Source: an uncultured Candidatus Pelagibacter sp. (lineage in GTDB: Bacteria > Pseudomonadota > Alphaproteobacteria > Pelagibacterales > Pelagibacteraceae). From it: a DNA stretch of 64,000 bases. This document shows positions 1-9,880 of this stretch, piece by piece. The position numbers and the translations under genes were made by a program. Below the pieces are notes generated by a model. The model was given only the letters and a program-made list of their open reading frames with translations. It had not been told where the DNA came from and ran no database searches. The stretch covers positions 129,845-193,844 of the forward strand of contig CALSSS010000002.1 of NCBI GenBank assembly GCA_943789075.1, given 5' to 3'. How positions within the stretch are numbered: position 1 is the first letter of the stretch; the number at the start of each line of letters is the position of its first letter.

Positions 1-2
1 CT

Positions 3-377
3 GATGATCCACTTGAAGCAGGCTTAGAAATGCTAGTAAGTCCCCCAGGTAAAAGACTTCAATCAATCACTTTATTATCAGGTGGAGAGCAAGCTTTGAC
101 TGCTCTTTCTCTGATCTTTGCTGTTTTTTTAACTAACCCTTCTCCAATTTGCGTTTTAGATGAGGTTGATGCACCCTTAGATGACGCCAATGTCACAAGA
201 TTCTGTGGCCTATTAGAAGAGCTAACTAAAATTACAGATACTAAATTTATTATTGTAACCCACCACGCTTTAACAATGTCTAAAATGGATAGGCTTTATG
301 GAGTTACAATGCCTGAGAAGGGAATTAGCCAGTTGGTTGCTGTTGATTTACAAAAAGCTGAAAGTATGGTTGCATAA
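3..377 (+). CDS. smc: Chromosome segregation protein SMC, C-terminal part (starts before window)
   Basis: Open frame from nt 3 ([17 protein letters not shown]); LLSGGE signature, LDEVDAPLD Walker B/D-loop, VTH H-loop. Confidence 0.95.
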   Translation, partial: DDPLEAGLEMLVSPPGKRLQSITLLSGGEQALTALSLIFAVFLTNPSPICVLDEVDAPLDDANVTRFCGLLEELTKITDTKFIIVTHHALTMSKMDRLYGVTMPEKGISQLVAVDLQKAESMVA

Positions 378-383
378 TACTAG

Positions 384-659
384 ATGCCAAAAGAAGACCT
401 TAAAACTCGCTTGGAGATTGCAAAAACAAAGTTTACAAAGAAAAATCTTATTAAAAATGAAGAGGCAACCTCCTCTATTGGAACTGCCTTTAAATTAAGT
501 ACAGAATTAGTGTCTGCAGTGGCAGTTGGGACAATTATAGGGTTTATTTTAGACAAGACCTTTGGTACTAAACCCTGGTTAATATTAATATTTTTTTTTG
601 TAGGTGTTGTTGCTGGAATTATAAACGTATTTAGATCTGCAAAGAATATGCAAAAATAG
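384..659 (+). CDS. atpI: ATP synthase protein I (AtpZ/AtpI family)
   Basis: Two TM helices, 'GFILDKTFGTKPWL' motif, directly upstream of atpB. Confidence 0.9.
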   Translation: MPKEDLKTRLEIAKTKFTKKNLIKNEEATSSIGTAFKLSTELVSAVAVGTIIGFILDKTFGTKPWLILIFFFVGVVAGIINVFRSAKNMQK

Positions 660-671
660 ACTTAAAAAATT

Positions 672-1406
672 ATGGCTACAAACCCAATGAACCAATTCGA
701 AGTTTATAGAATTGGACCAGAAATTAAATTAGGAGCAATAGATATTTCTTTCACAAACGCAAGTTTGTTTATGGTGATTAGTTCACTTGCAATCTTATTA
801 GTTTTTAATTTAGGGTCAAAAAAAAACTCTTTACTACCAAGCAAGATGCAACTTCTTTCCGAATTAAGCTATACTTTTGTTTCCAAAATGATTAGTGATA
901 CAGCAGGATCAAAAGCAAAACCATACTTTGCGTTTATCTTCTCAATATTTATGTTTGTACTATTCTGCAATATGTTTGGGATGATCCCTTACGCCTTTAC
1001 AGTAACTAGTCATATTATTGTTACTTTTATTTTAGCTTCATTTATTTTTTTGGGAGTCACAATTATTGGATTTATGAAACATGGATTGGGATATTTAAAA
1101 TTATTTGTGCCTAGCGGGGTGCCTGCTTTACTATTGCCGCTAATAGTTGTTATAGAAATAATTTCTTACTTAAGTAGACCAATTAGTCTTTCAGTTCGTT
1201 TGTTTGCAAACATGATGGCTGGTCATACTATGATGAAAGTTTTCGGAGGCTTTGTAATAAGCCTTGGAATAGTTGGTGGATGGCTTCCACTGAGTTTTTC
1301 GGTTGCGCTAACTGGCTTGGAAATATTAGTTGCTTTTCTTCAAGCATATGTTTTCGCAATCTTAACCTGCATCTACTTAAATGATGCATTAAATTTACAC
1401 CATTAA
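672..1406 (+). CDS. atpB: F0F1 ATP synthase subunit a
   Basis: SLSVRLFANMMAGH and FLQAYVF motifs. Confidence 0.98.
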   Translation: MATNPMNQFEVYRIGPEIKLGAIDISFTNASLFMVISSLAILLVFNLGSKKNSLLPSKMQLLSELSYTFVSKMISDTAGSKAKPYFAFIFSIFMFVLFCNMFGMIPYAFTVTSHIIVTFILASFIFLGVTIIGFMKHGLGYLKLFVPSGVPALLLPLIVVIEIISYLSRPISLSVRLFANMMAGHTMMKVFGGFVISLGIVGGWLPLSFSVALTGLEILVAFLQAYVFAILTCIYLNDALNLHH

Positions 1407-1425
1407 CTAACATAAGGAGGATATA

Positions 1426-1653
1426 ATGGAATTAGAAGCAGCAAAAATGATCGGGGCAGGACTAGCAGCAATAGCTCTAGCAGGTGCCGGTGTTGGAATT
1501 GGAATTATCTTTGGTAATTACCTTTCTGGTGCAATGAGAAACCCATCTGCAGCTCAAAAACAATTTCCTAATCTTTTATTAGGTTTTGCTTTAGCTGAAG
1601 CAACTGGCCTATTTGGATTAGTTGTAGCGTTAATTATTTTATTTGCATTTTAA
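1426..1653 (+). CDS. atpE: F0F1 ATP synthase subunit c
   Basis: GAGVGIG, RNP loop, ALAEA proton-binding Glu; AAGGAGG SD upstream. Confidence 0.98.
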   Translation: MELEAAKMIGAGLAAIALAGAGVGIGIIFGNYLSGAMRNPSAAQKQFPNLLLGFALAEATGLFGLVVALIILFAF

Positions 1654-1658
1654 ATTTA

Positions 1659-2249
1659 ATGATTAAAAAAATATTTTTTCAGTCGATATTTTTAAGCTTC
1701 CTGTTTTTTATGGAAGCTTTTGCAGCTGAAAGTGGTGGAATGCCTCAATTAAATCCTGAGTTTTGGGTTTCTCAAATTTTTTGGTTAATTATTACTTTTG
1801 GAATTTTATATGTTGTTTTATCTAAACTTATACTTCCAAAAATAAGTGCCAATCTAGAAAATAGAAAATCTCAAATTTTAGAAAACATTGAGGCTGCGGA
1901 AAAGCAAAGAGAAGAAAGTGAACAAAAAATTAAAGAATACGAAAAAATAATACAAGGCAGCAAAAATGAAGCAAAAAACTACTTTAAACAAGCTAGAGAA
2001 GAAGTGCTGAAGGACATTGGTGTAAAAAAAGAAACACTAGAAAAAGAACTTGATGAAGAAGTTAATAAAGCTGAGATTGAAATAAAAACTTTTAGAGATA
2101 GCGCTCCAGAGAAAATTAAGAAGATTGCTGTTGAGACCTCTTCAGACTTACTACAGAAACTAATAGGGGCTGAAGTTAACAGTAGTAGCATCTCTGCAAT
2201 AGTAGAAGATCTTTCGAGAAAAAAAATGGTTAAATATTATGATAATTGA
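1659..2249 (+). CDS. atpF: F0F1 ATP synthase subunit b' (b2)
   Basis: MPQL...SQIFWL motif, TM helix then charged coiled coil; alphaproteobacterial atpIBE-b'-b order. Confidence 0.92.
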   Translation: MIKKIFFQSIFLSFLFFMEAFAAESGGMPQLNPEFWVSQIFWLIITFGILYVVLSKLILPKISANLENRKSQILENIEAAEKQREESEQKIKEYEKIIQGSKNEAKNYFKQAREEVLKDIGVKKETLEKELDEEVNKAEIEIKTFRDSAPEKIKKIAVETSSDLLQKLIGAEVNSSSISAIVEDLSRKKMVKYYDN

Positions 2250-2736
2250 TGGAACTTTTTGGGTAGCTATATCTTTTTTAATATTTTTAGGGGTTTTAAT
2301 TTATTTAAAAATACCTCAAAAAATTAATGAACTTTTAAATAAGCTTATCCTTGATATTAAAAATGAAATAGATGAAAGTGAAAAGCTAAGACAAGAAGCG
2401 AAAGTCTTGTTGGATAACGCTCAAAATAAACTTGATACCGCACAAACAATAAGTAATGATATTTTGCGACAAGCTAAAAAAGATAGTGAACATCTTATAA
2501 TCGAAATGAATGATAAATTTCACAAATCTTCAGAAATTAAAAAGAAATTAGCAGAAAATAAAATTTCACAAATGAAAGAGGCTGCACTTAAAGAAATAAA
2601 AGATGTTTCAATTAAAATCGCTGTTGATTCTGTTAAAAAAATTATTAACACATCTGTTGATAAATCAAAACTTGATGGTCTTTTTGAAAAAAATGTTGAA
2701 GAAACAAAAATAGCTTTAAAAGAAATAAGCTCATAA
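2239..2736 (+). CDS. atpF: F0F1 ATP synthase subunit b
   Basis: TFWVAISF N-terminal TM, coiled coil, operon position. Confidence 0.92.
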   Translation: MIIDGTFWVAISFLIFLGVLIYLKIPQKINELLNKLILDIKNEIDESEKLRQEAKVLLDNAQNKLDTAQTISNDILRQAKKDSEHLIIEMNDKFHKSSEIKKKLAENKISQMKEAALKEIKDVSIKIAVDSVKKIINTSVDKSKLDGLFEKNVEETKIALKEISS

Positions 2737-2775
2737 TTACCTTACAATTCTTTAAAAAAAATATAAATTAACCTA

Positions 2776-4233
2776 ATGAAATCTATAGTCATTGGTTCTG
2801 GGTTTGGTGGTATAGCTGCAGCATTAAGATTAAGAGCTAAAAATCATAAAGTAACTTTAATTGAAAAACACCCTGACTTAGGCGGAAGAGCTAGGGTATT
2901 TAAAAAAAATGGCTTTACCTTTGATGGCGGTCCAACAGTAATTACTGCACCTTATCTAATTGAAGAGCTTTTCACTTTATTTAATAAAAAGTCTCAAGAT
3001 TACATAAAACTCACTCCTTTAAAAACTTGGTATAGATTCATTTATGAAGATGGAGGTGTATTTGATTATTCTGGAGATGAAGATCAAATGAAAAAGCAAA
3101 TTGAGATAATAAGCAAAGAAGATGTAAAAGGTTATGAGCAGCTTGTAAAATTCACAAAAAAAATATTTGATAAAGGCTTCACAGAACTAGCTGATGTTCC
3201 ATTTGATAAGCCTCTTGTGATGATGAAGCAATTACCTTCTTTACTAAAGCTTAAAAGCTATAAATCAGTTTATTCATTAGTTTCTTCATATATAAAAAAT
3301 GAAAAATTAAGACGTATGCTGAGTATGCATCCTCTATTAGTTGGTGGAAACCCTTTTACAACAACCTCTATATATGGATTAATTCTATATCTAGAGAAAA
3401 AATGGGGCATTCATTACTCAATGGGTGGAACTGGTAATATAATCAACGGCTTAGAAAAATTAATGATTGAACAAGAAATTGAATTAATCAAAGGACATGA
3501 GGTTACAGAAATAATTTCAAATAATGGAAAAATTAGTGGAGTAAAATTAGATAATCAAAAAGAAATTCATTCAAATAACGTAATATGTAACGCTGATCCT
3601 CCTGCTGTATATGAAAAACTTCTAAGTCTAAATAAAACAAGCTCTCTATTTAAATGGAAGCAAAATCGAATGCAGTATTCTATGGGTCTATTCGTTTACT
3701 ACTTTGGAACAAAAAAAACATACCCAGATGTAGAGCACCACACGATCAAATTTGGTGAAAAATACAAAGAACATCTGAGTGATATTTTTGAAAATAAAAA
3801 ATTAAACGATGACATAAGTTATTACCTGCATAGACCATCAGCTACAGATAAATCAATGGCACCTGAGGGAAATGATTGTTTCTATGTTCTTGTGCCAGTC
3901 CCAAACAATCAATCCAAAATTGATTGGAAAATTGAAGGTGAAAAAATGAAGAATTTAGTAATAGATAAGATGGAAAAAGCATTGCTACCCAATCTTAGAG
4001 AAAATATTATTGAAGATTTCTATTTAACACCAGATTATTTTGAAAATGAATTAAATACCAAATTTGGATCAGGTTTTTCGATCCAGCCAAAATTTACTCA
4101 ATCTGCATATTTTAGATTTCATAATAAATCAGAAATTTATGATGGATTATATTTTGTTGGAGCAGGAACACACCCAGGTGCAGGAGTTCCAGGCGTACTA
4201 TCTTCAGCAAAAGTTTTAGATAAAATATTATAA
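2776..4233 (+). CDS. crtI: Phytoene desaturase
   Basis: GSGFGG FAD-binding motif, FDGGPTVIT, C-terminal GAGTHPGAGVPG. Confidence 0.96.
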   Translation: MKSIVIGSGFGGIAAALRLRAKNHKVTLIEKHPDLGGRARVFKKNGFTFDGGPTVITAPYLIEELFTLFNKKSQDYIKLTPLKTWYRFIYEDGGVFDYSGDEDQMKKQIEIISKEDVKGYEQLVKFTKKIFDKGFTELADVPFDKPLVMMKQLPSLLKLKSYKSVYSLVSSYIKNEKLRRMLSMHPLLVGGNPFTTTSIYGLILYLEKKWGIHYSMGGTGNIINGLEKLMIEQEIELIKGHEVTEIISNNGKISGVKLDNQKEIHSNNVICNADPPAVYEKLLSLNKTSSLFKWKQNRMQYSMGLFVYYFGTKKTYPDVEHHTIKFGEKYKEHLSDIFENKKLNDDISYYLHRPSATDKSMAPEGNDCFYVLVPVPNNQSKIDWKIEGEKMKNLVIDKMEKALLPNLRENIIEDFYLTPDYFENELNTKFGSGFSIQPKFTQSAYFRFHNKSEIYDGLYFVGAGTHPGAGVPGVLSSAKVLDKIL

Positions 4234-5084
4234 TGTTAAAAAACAATTATTTATCTATTTATGCCAAGTCGTTTAATTGGGCAGCTTTTTTTCTTCCAAA
4301 AAATACATACAAAGATTGTTCTTCTTTATACGATTTTTGTAGAACAGTAGACAATATAGCAGATGATAAGAATGATTTAGATATTAAAATAAAAAAACTA
4401 TCGGAGTTTAAAAGTCAGTTCTTAAATAAAAATTTTGATAGCTTAGTAATAAGAAATATGTGGTCTTTAATAGAAAATTATAAGATTTCAATAAAGGTTA
4501 TAGATGATTTATTTGATGGTATTGAATCTGATCTAAGTGAAATAGTTAAACTAAATACAAAAAAAGAACTATTAATTTATTCTTATCGAGTAGCTGGCAC
4601 AGTCGGTTTAATGATGGCAAAAATTTTAAATGTTGAAGATAAAAAATCAATGAAAGCTGCAATAGATCTTGGCATAGCGATGCAACTAACCAATATATCC
4701 AGAGATGTTGTAGAAGATGCAAATAATAATAGATTTTACATAGAATATGACTTTGAGAACATAAAAAAAACTTTAAGGATAGCTGATCTTTTCTATGAGA
4801 GCTCTTTTAACTCTATAAAAAAAATTCCTTTTACTTTTAGATTTGCAATATTGGTAGCTAGAAGAATTTATAAAAAAATCGGAGACAATATTTTACAAAA
4901 AAGAAATATTGATAATTATAATAAAAGTGGAAAGATTTATGTGAGTAATTTTAGTAAATTATTTGAAACATTTCTCTCAATATATGATTTAATTTTATTA
5001 TCATTTACGAATGAAAAAAGTCATCTAAGAGAAGAAGAACATCTCTTGATTAAAGAAGAAATAAATTTAGATGAAAGAATTTGA
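4233..5084 (+). CDS. crtB: Phytoene synthase
   Basis: CRTVDNIADD, YRVAGTVGLMM and QLTNISRDVVED motifs. Confidence 0.95.
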   Translation: MLKNNYLSIYAKSFNWAAFFLPKNTYKDCSSLYDFCRTVDNIADDKNDLDIKIKKLSEFKSQFLNKNFDSLVIRNMWSLIENYKISIKVIDDLFDGIESDLSEIVKLNTKKELLIYSYRVAGTVGLMMAKILNVEDKKSMKAAIDLGIAMQLTNISRDVVEDANNNRFYIEYDFENIKKTLRIADLFYESSFNSIKKIPFTFRFAILVARRIYKKIGDNILQKRNIDNYNKSGKIYVSNFSKLFETFLSIYDLILLSFTNEKSHLREEEHLLIKEEINLDERI

Positions 5085-6147
5085 TTACGTTATAATTGGT
5101 GGTGGTTGTGCAGGTCTATCCCTAGCCTATGAGCTTGAGATTCACAATAAGCTCAGAGACAAAACTTTAGCAATAATTGAACCAAGGTTAGAATATAAAA
5201 GAGATAAAACTTGGTCTTATTGGAAGACTTTAGAGCACAACTTTACAGATTGTGTAAAAAAAAGTTGGATTAATTTTTCAATTAATATTCCCAATAAAAC
5301 TAAATTTATAGAATGTAGTGATTTGCCTTATGAATCTATAGATAGTGGCTTGTTTTATGAAAAAATTAATAGCAAATTAAATACAAATAAAAATATTAGC
5401 TTTTATAAAAGTTCTGAGGAAATAAATTTGGATAAAGGTTTTATTTTTAATAGTGTTTCTTCATTTAAAGCTAATCAAAATCAATTATGGCAACACTTTA
5501 AAGGTATTGAAATTGAAACTAAAAAAAATGATTTTGATGACCAAATTTTTAATTTAATGGATTTTGATTGTGATCAAAGGGATAGTGTTCATTTTTTTTA
5601 TACACTTCCATATTCTAAAAATAGAGCACTAGTAGAAACAACTTGGTTATCAACAATGGCTAATAATTCACTAAAAGATTATGATAATCAATTGCAAAAT
5701 TATATTGTTAATCATCTTAATATAAAAGATTACAAAATATTATATGAAGAGGAAGGTGCAATTCCTTTATTTTATCCTAAAACCAATGATAAAAAAAATA
5801 TAATAAATATTGGTACCGCCGGGGGAATGACTAGACTAAGTACCGGTTATACTTTTTTGAATATTCAAGAACATAGCAAATATATAAGAAAAAATATTCA
5901 TAATATCCATGAATGTAAAAAATATAATATTGGTGCGAAATATAAATTTTTAGATAAAATATTTTTAAGAGTGCTTAATAGTCACCCCAATAAAATGCCA
6001 AATATATTCATGAACATGTTTAATGGTCTACCTAAGAATGTTATAAAATTTTTATCAAATAAAAGTAATTTATTCCAAGACTTATCTGTAATATTGAAAA
6101 TGCCAAAATGGATATTCATTAAAGCTTTATTTAAAAATGATAAATAG
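5071..6147 (+). CDS. crtY: Lycopene beta-cyclase
   Basis: GGGCAGLSLA, LMDF, FFYTLP, EEGAIPL and STGYTF motifs; between crtB and blh. Confidence 0.92.
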   Translation: MKEFDYVIIGGGCAGLSLAYELEIHNKLRDKTLAIIEPRLEYKRDKTWSYWKTLEHNFTDCVKKSWINFSINIPNKTKFIECSDLPYESIDSGLFYEKINSKLNTNKNISFYKSSEEINLDKGFIFNSVSSFKANQNQLWQHFKGIEIETKKNDFDDQIFNLMDFDCDQRDSVHFFYTLPYSKNRALVETTWLSTMANNSLKDYDNQLQNYIVNHLNIKDYKILYEEEGAIPLFYPKTNDKKNIINIGTAGGMTRLSTGYTFLNIQEHSKYIRKNIHNIHECKKYNIGAKYKFLDKIFLRVLNSHPNKMPNIFMNMFNGLPKNVIKFLSNKSNLFQDLSVILKMPKWIFIKALFKNDK

Positions 6148-7075
6148 TCAAATTAACAAAATCAATTTTTTTCACTCTTTAGTTTTTTTTATTTTTACTA
6201 GTATATTTTCAATCATTTTTGACCAGTTTCAAAATTTATATATATCTCCTATGATTTGTTTATTTCTTATACTTTCAATTGGTATTTCTCATGGTGCACT
6301 AGATAACCAAAAAGGGAAAAGGCTTCTAAACTTTTATAAAATTAAAAATAATTCTATTTTTTACTTACTGTATTTACTGATTGCTATTATCATAATTATT
6401 TTTTGGCTTTCTATTCCCACATTATCTTTGGTTGTATTCTTGATTGTGGCTGCTTACCATTTTGGAAAAGAAGATACAGATTTTTTGATACAAAAAAAAT
6501 CGAATAAAGATATTATTTTTTATTTTTTTAAAGGCTTACTTGTGATTATAGCACCTTTAATGTTTCACTTTACCGAAACAGTCAATATTTTTAAATTGCT
6601 ATTAGTTGAAAATGAAAATTTTTATCTAATATTAAGTTTTATTGAAACTAATAATCTAATTTTTTATATATTTTTGATTACTCTAATTGTTCATATTTAC
6701 TTATTTAGCAGGGATTTTAAAATACTTAATATTCTAATTTTTTTTGACTTTATTTCGATATTAATCTTAAACTATTTTTTTTCACCTTTGGTTGCATTTA
6801 CAGTTTATTTTTGTTTTTTACATTCTTTTAGACACTCCATTTCATTAATAAATGAAATAGATAATATTGATTTCAAAAGTGGAAGTCTTAAATTTATGAA
6901 AAAAGCTATGCCACTAACAATATTAACTGCAATATTTTATATTATAAGCCTATATTTTCTTACAAATTATTATCCTATCAATGATGCTATATTTAAAACT
7001 ATATTTATTGGTTTGGCGTCTTTGACCTTTCCACATATATTGCTCGAATACCTTTTAGAAAAAAATGAAAAATAA
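6137..7075 (+). CDS. blh: Beta-carotene 15,15'-dioxygenase (Brp/Blh family), retinal-forming
   Basis: Polytopic membrane protein with HGALD, YHFG, HSFRH and TFPH histidine motifs. Confidence 0.93.
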   Translation: MINSQINKINFFHSLVFFIFTSIFSIIFDQFQNLYISPMICLFLILSIGISHGALDNQKGKRLLNFYKIKNNSIFYLLYLLIAIIIIIFWLSIPTLSLVVFLIVAAYHFGKEDTDFLIQKKSNKDIIFYFFKGLLVIIAPLMFHFTETVNIFKLLLVENENFYLILSFIETNNLIFYIFLITLIVHIYLFSRDFKILNILIFFDFISILILNYFFSPLVAFTVYFCFLHSFRHSISLINEIDNIDFKSGSLKFMKKAMPLTILTAIFYIISLYFLTNYYPINDAIFKTIFIGLASLTFPHILLEYLLEKNEK

Positions 7076-8009
7076 AGAGATAAAAATTTTGCTATCTGCT
7101 CCACGCGGATTTTGTGCAGGAGTAGAAAGAGCCATAGAAATTGTAAAAAAAAGTATAAATAAATATGGCGCACCAGTTTATGTTCGTCATGAAATAGTTC
7201 ATAATAAATATGTTGTAGATAGCCTTAAAGCCATAGGGGCAATTTTTGTTGAAGAGCTTGATGAAATTCAAGATAAAAGCAGACCAGTAATATTTTCAGC
7301 ACATGGTGTTCCAAAATCGGTACCTACACAAGCTAATGATTACAAAATGGAATATATTGATGCTACATGTCCACTTGTTTCTAAAGTTCATAGAGAAGCT
7401 GAAAATTTACATAAAGCTGGTTATCATATAGTTCTTATTGGGCACAATAACCATCCAGAAGTTATTGGTACTATGGGTCAGCTACCAAATGGAACAATTG
7501 ATTTAATACAAGATGAGCATGATGTTGAGGCCTATGAATTGGATGGGAATAAAAAAATTGCTTATGTAACTCAAACAACTCTCTCTATTGATGACACTAA
7601 AGGAATAATTAAAGCTCTTAAAAAAAAATTCCCAGAAATAAAAGAGCCATTTAAAGAGGACATTTGTTATGCAACAACTAATCGTCAAGCAGCAGTTAAG
7701 AATATTGCAAAAAAGTGCGATATGTTTTTTGTCCTTGGAAGTAGAAATTCCTCAAATTCTGTAAGATTAGTTGAAGTTGCAGAACAAGCTGGTTGCCCAC
7801 ATTCTGAACTAATACATTCTGAAAGTTCCATCCCATTTGATAAATTGAAAAATTGTAAAACAATTGGTATTTCATCAGGAGCATCTGCCCCTGAAGTTTT
7901 AGTTGAAAACTTTATTGATCAAATTAAAAGTAAATATAAAGTAAAGATTGAGGTTGTTGAAATTATAAAAGAAAATATTGTTTTTAAAGTTCCTGGCAAA
8001 CTTAATTAG
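7065..8009 (+). CDS. ispH: 4-hydroxy-3-methylbut-2-enyl diphosphate reductase
   Basis: PRGFCAGV, DATCPLV, DICYAT Fe-S cysteines; SSNS motif. Confidence 0.97.
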   Translation: MKNKEIKILLSAPRGFCAGVERAIEIVKKSINKYGAPVYVRHEIVHNKYVVDSLKAIGAIFVEELDEIQDKSRPVIFSAHGVPKSVPTQANDYKMEYIDATCPLVSKVHREAENLHKAGYHIVLIGHNNHPEVIGTMGQLPNGTIDLIQDEHDVEAYELDGNKKIAYVTQTTLSIDDTKGIIKALKKKFPEIKEPFKEDICYATTNRQAAVKNIAKKCDMFFVLGSRNSSNSVRLVEVAEQAGCPHSELIHSESSIPFDKLKNCKTIGISSGASAPEVLVENFIDQIKSKYKVKIEVVEIIKENIVFKVPGKLN

Positions 8010-8978
8010 ATGGCTGTATATACAAAAATTTCAAAAAGAGATGTCTCTTCATTGGTTAATGATTATCAAATAAATGAAGTTAAAAAATTTCAAGGTATTA
8101 AAAAAGGAATAGAAAATACCAATTATTTACTTAAAACAAAAAAAAATAAATTTATCCTGACAATTTTTGAAAAGAGAGTTCAAAAAAAAGATTTACCATT
8201 TTTTATGAACTTGATGGAAGAGCTTAATAAAAAAAAAATTGCATGTCCAAAGCCATTACGTACTAAAAAAGGTTCCCATATAAGTAAAATTAAAAAAAAA
8301 TCTGCCTGTATTGTAACCTTTTTAGAAGGCAAAGATAAAACAAATCTTAACTACAAAAATTGTTTTGATATTGGAAAAAATATTGCAAAATTTCATACTG
8401 TTACATCTAAACTAAAGTTAAGTAGACAGAATTCCATGTCAATTAATAAGCTTGGTGGCTTAATGAAGAGTATTAATTTTAAATCCTATAAATTTTTACC
8501 TAACCTTAAGAAAACTCTAAATCTATGTTTTAAAGATATTCTGAAACATTGGCCTAAAAACTTACCCCAGGGAATTATTCACGGAGATTTATTTATAGAT
8601 AATATTTTTTTTAAAAAAAACAAATTTTCAGGATTCATTGATTTTTATTTTTCTTCTAATGATTATTTTATTTATGAAATTGCAATTTGTATAAATGCAT
8701 TATGTTTTGATAAAAAGAAAGATAATTTTGTAATGAATAATAAAAAGATAAAAAATTTAATTAATGGATATGAAGCAATAAGATCTCTGTCAAAAAAAGA
8801 AAAGCAGTCACTTAATTTAATGTGCAGAGGCGCTGCCTTGAGATATCTTTTAACAAGAATTTATGATTTTTTTAATACACCAAATAATGCATTAATTAAG
8901 ATTAAGGACCCTAGAGAATATTTACAAAAATTAATTATTCACAACAATCTTACGGACTACAAAGATTATTATAAATAA
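8010..8978 (+). CDS. thrB: Homoserine kinase type II
   Basis: MAVYT start, GIENTNY, IHGDLFIDN; alphaproteobacterial ispH-thrB-rnhA synteny. Confidence 0.94.
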   Translation: MAVYTKISKRDVSSLVNDYQINEVKKFQGIKKGIENTNYLLKTKKNKFILTIFEKRVQKKDLPFFMNLMEELNKKKIACPKPLRTKKGSHISKIKKKSACIVTFLEGKDKTNLNYKNCFDIGKNIAKFHTVTSKLKLSRQNSMSINKLGGLMKSINFKSYKFLPNLKKTLNLCFKDILKHWPKNLPQGIIHGDLFIDNIFFKKNKFSGFIDFYFSSNDYFIYEIAICINALCFDKKKDNFVMNNKKIKNLINGYEAIRSLSKKEKQSLNLMCRGAALRYLLTRIYDFFNTPNNALIKIKDPREYLQKLIIHNNLTDYKDYYK

Positions 8979-9403
8979 TGATCAAAATTTATACAGATGG
9001 CTCCTGTTTAAATAATCCTGGAAATGGAGGTTGGGCTGCAATTATAAATGATAATGAGATAATTAAAAAAATTAGCGGAAGTGTTAAAGATACTACTAAT
9101 AATAAAATGGAGCTGATGGCTCCAATCATGGCGCTTCAAGAAATTGACAAAAATAACGAAATCGAAATTTATACTGACTCACAATATGTAAGGTTAGGTA
9201 TTACTGAATGGATCCATAAATGGATCAAAAATAATTGGCAAACTTCTAAGAAAGAGCCTGTTAAAAATAAAGAGTTATGGATGCAACTTTATGAATTAAC
9301 TAAATCGTATAAAATAAAATGGATCTGGGTTAAGGCTCATGCTGGCAATGCCTTAAATGAAGAAGTTGATTTATTAGCTAAAAAAGCTGCTGAACTAAAT
9401 TAA
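8978..9403 (+). CDS. rnhA: Ribonuclease HI
   Basis: YTDGSCLNNPGNGGWA, TTNNKMEL, TDSQY, WVKAHAG. Confidence 0.97.
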   Translation: MIKIYTDGSCLNNPGNGGWAAIINDNEIIKKISGSVKDTTNNKMELMAPIMALQEIDKNNEIEIYTDSQYVRLGITEWIHKWIKNNWQTSKKEPVKNKELWMQLYELTKSYKIKWIWVKAHAGNALNEEVDLLAKKAAELN

Positions 9404-9880
9404 AGTTAAAAAATTTTGACCTGCTGAAATTTCACAAGCACCTGTATCTTTTTCTTCTTGTACTTTAATGACCTTAAGATTATCTACTAACATTGTATAT
9501 CTATTCGATCGAATACCTAGGCCTCTAGCACTCTTATCAATATCTGCACCAATAGCTCTGGTAAAATCTAACATTGGGTCTGCCATCATTATAATTTTGT
9601 CACCAACATTTTGACTTTTTCCCCATGCATCCATTACGAAAGGATCGTTAACTGAAATACAAGCAATATGGTCGATGCCTTTAGCTTTATATTGCTCATA
9701 ACTTTCAACATAGCTAGGTAAATGCTTGGCTGAACAAACTGAAGTATATGCACCAGGAAGTCCAAATAAAACTATTTTTTTATCCTTAAAAAATTCTAAT
9801 GTGTTTTTTTTTATAGGATTTCCATTCTCTAAGATAAAAAAATCAGCACTAGGAATATTTTCATTTTCTCTCAACTTCAT
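9395..9880 (-). CDS. Peroxiredoxin (Prx5 type)
   Basis: PGAYTSVCSAKHLP, SVNDPFVMDAW, RSNRY. Confidence 0.93.
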   Translation of the reverse strand: MKLRENENIPSADFFILENGNPIKKNTLEFFKDKKIVLFGLPGAYTSVCSAKHLPSYVESYEQYKAKGIDHIACISVNDPFVMDAWGKSQNVGDKIIMMADPMLDFTRAIGADIDKSARGLGIRSNRYTMLVDNLKVIKVQEEKDTGACEISAGQNFLTLI

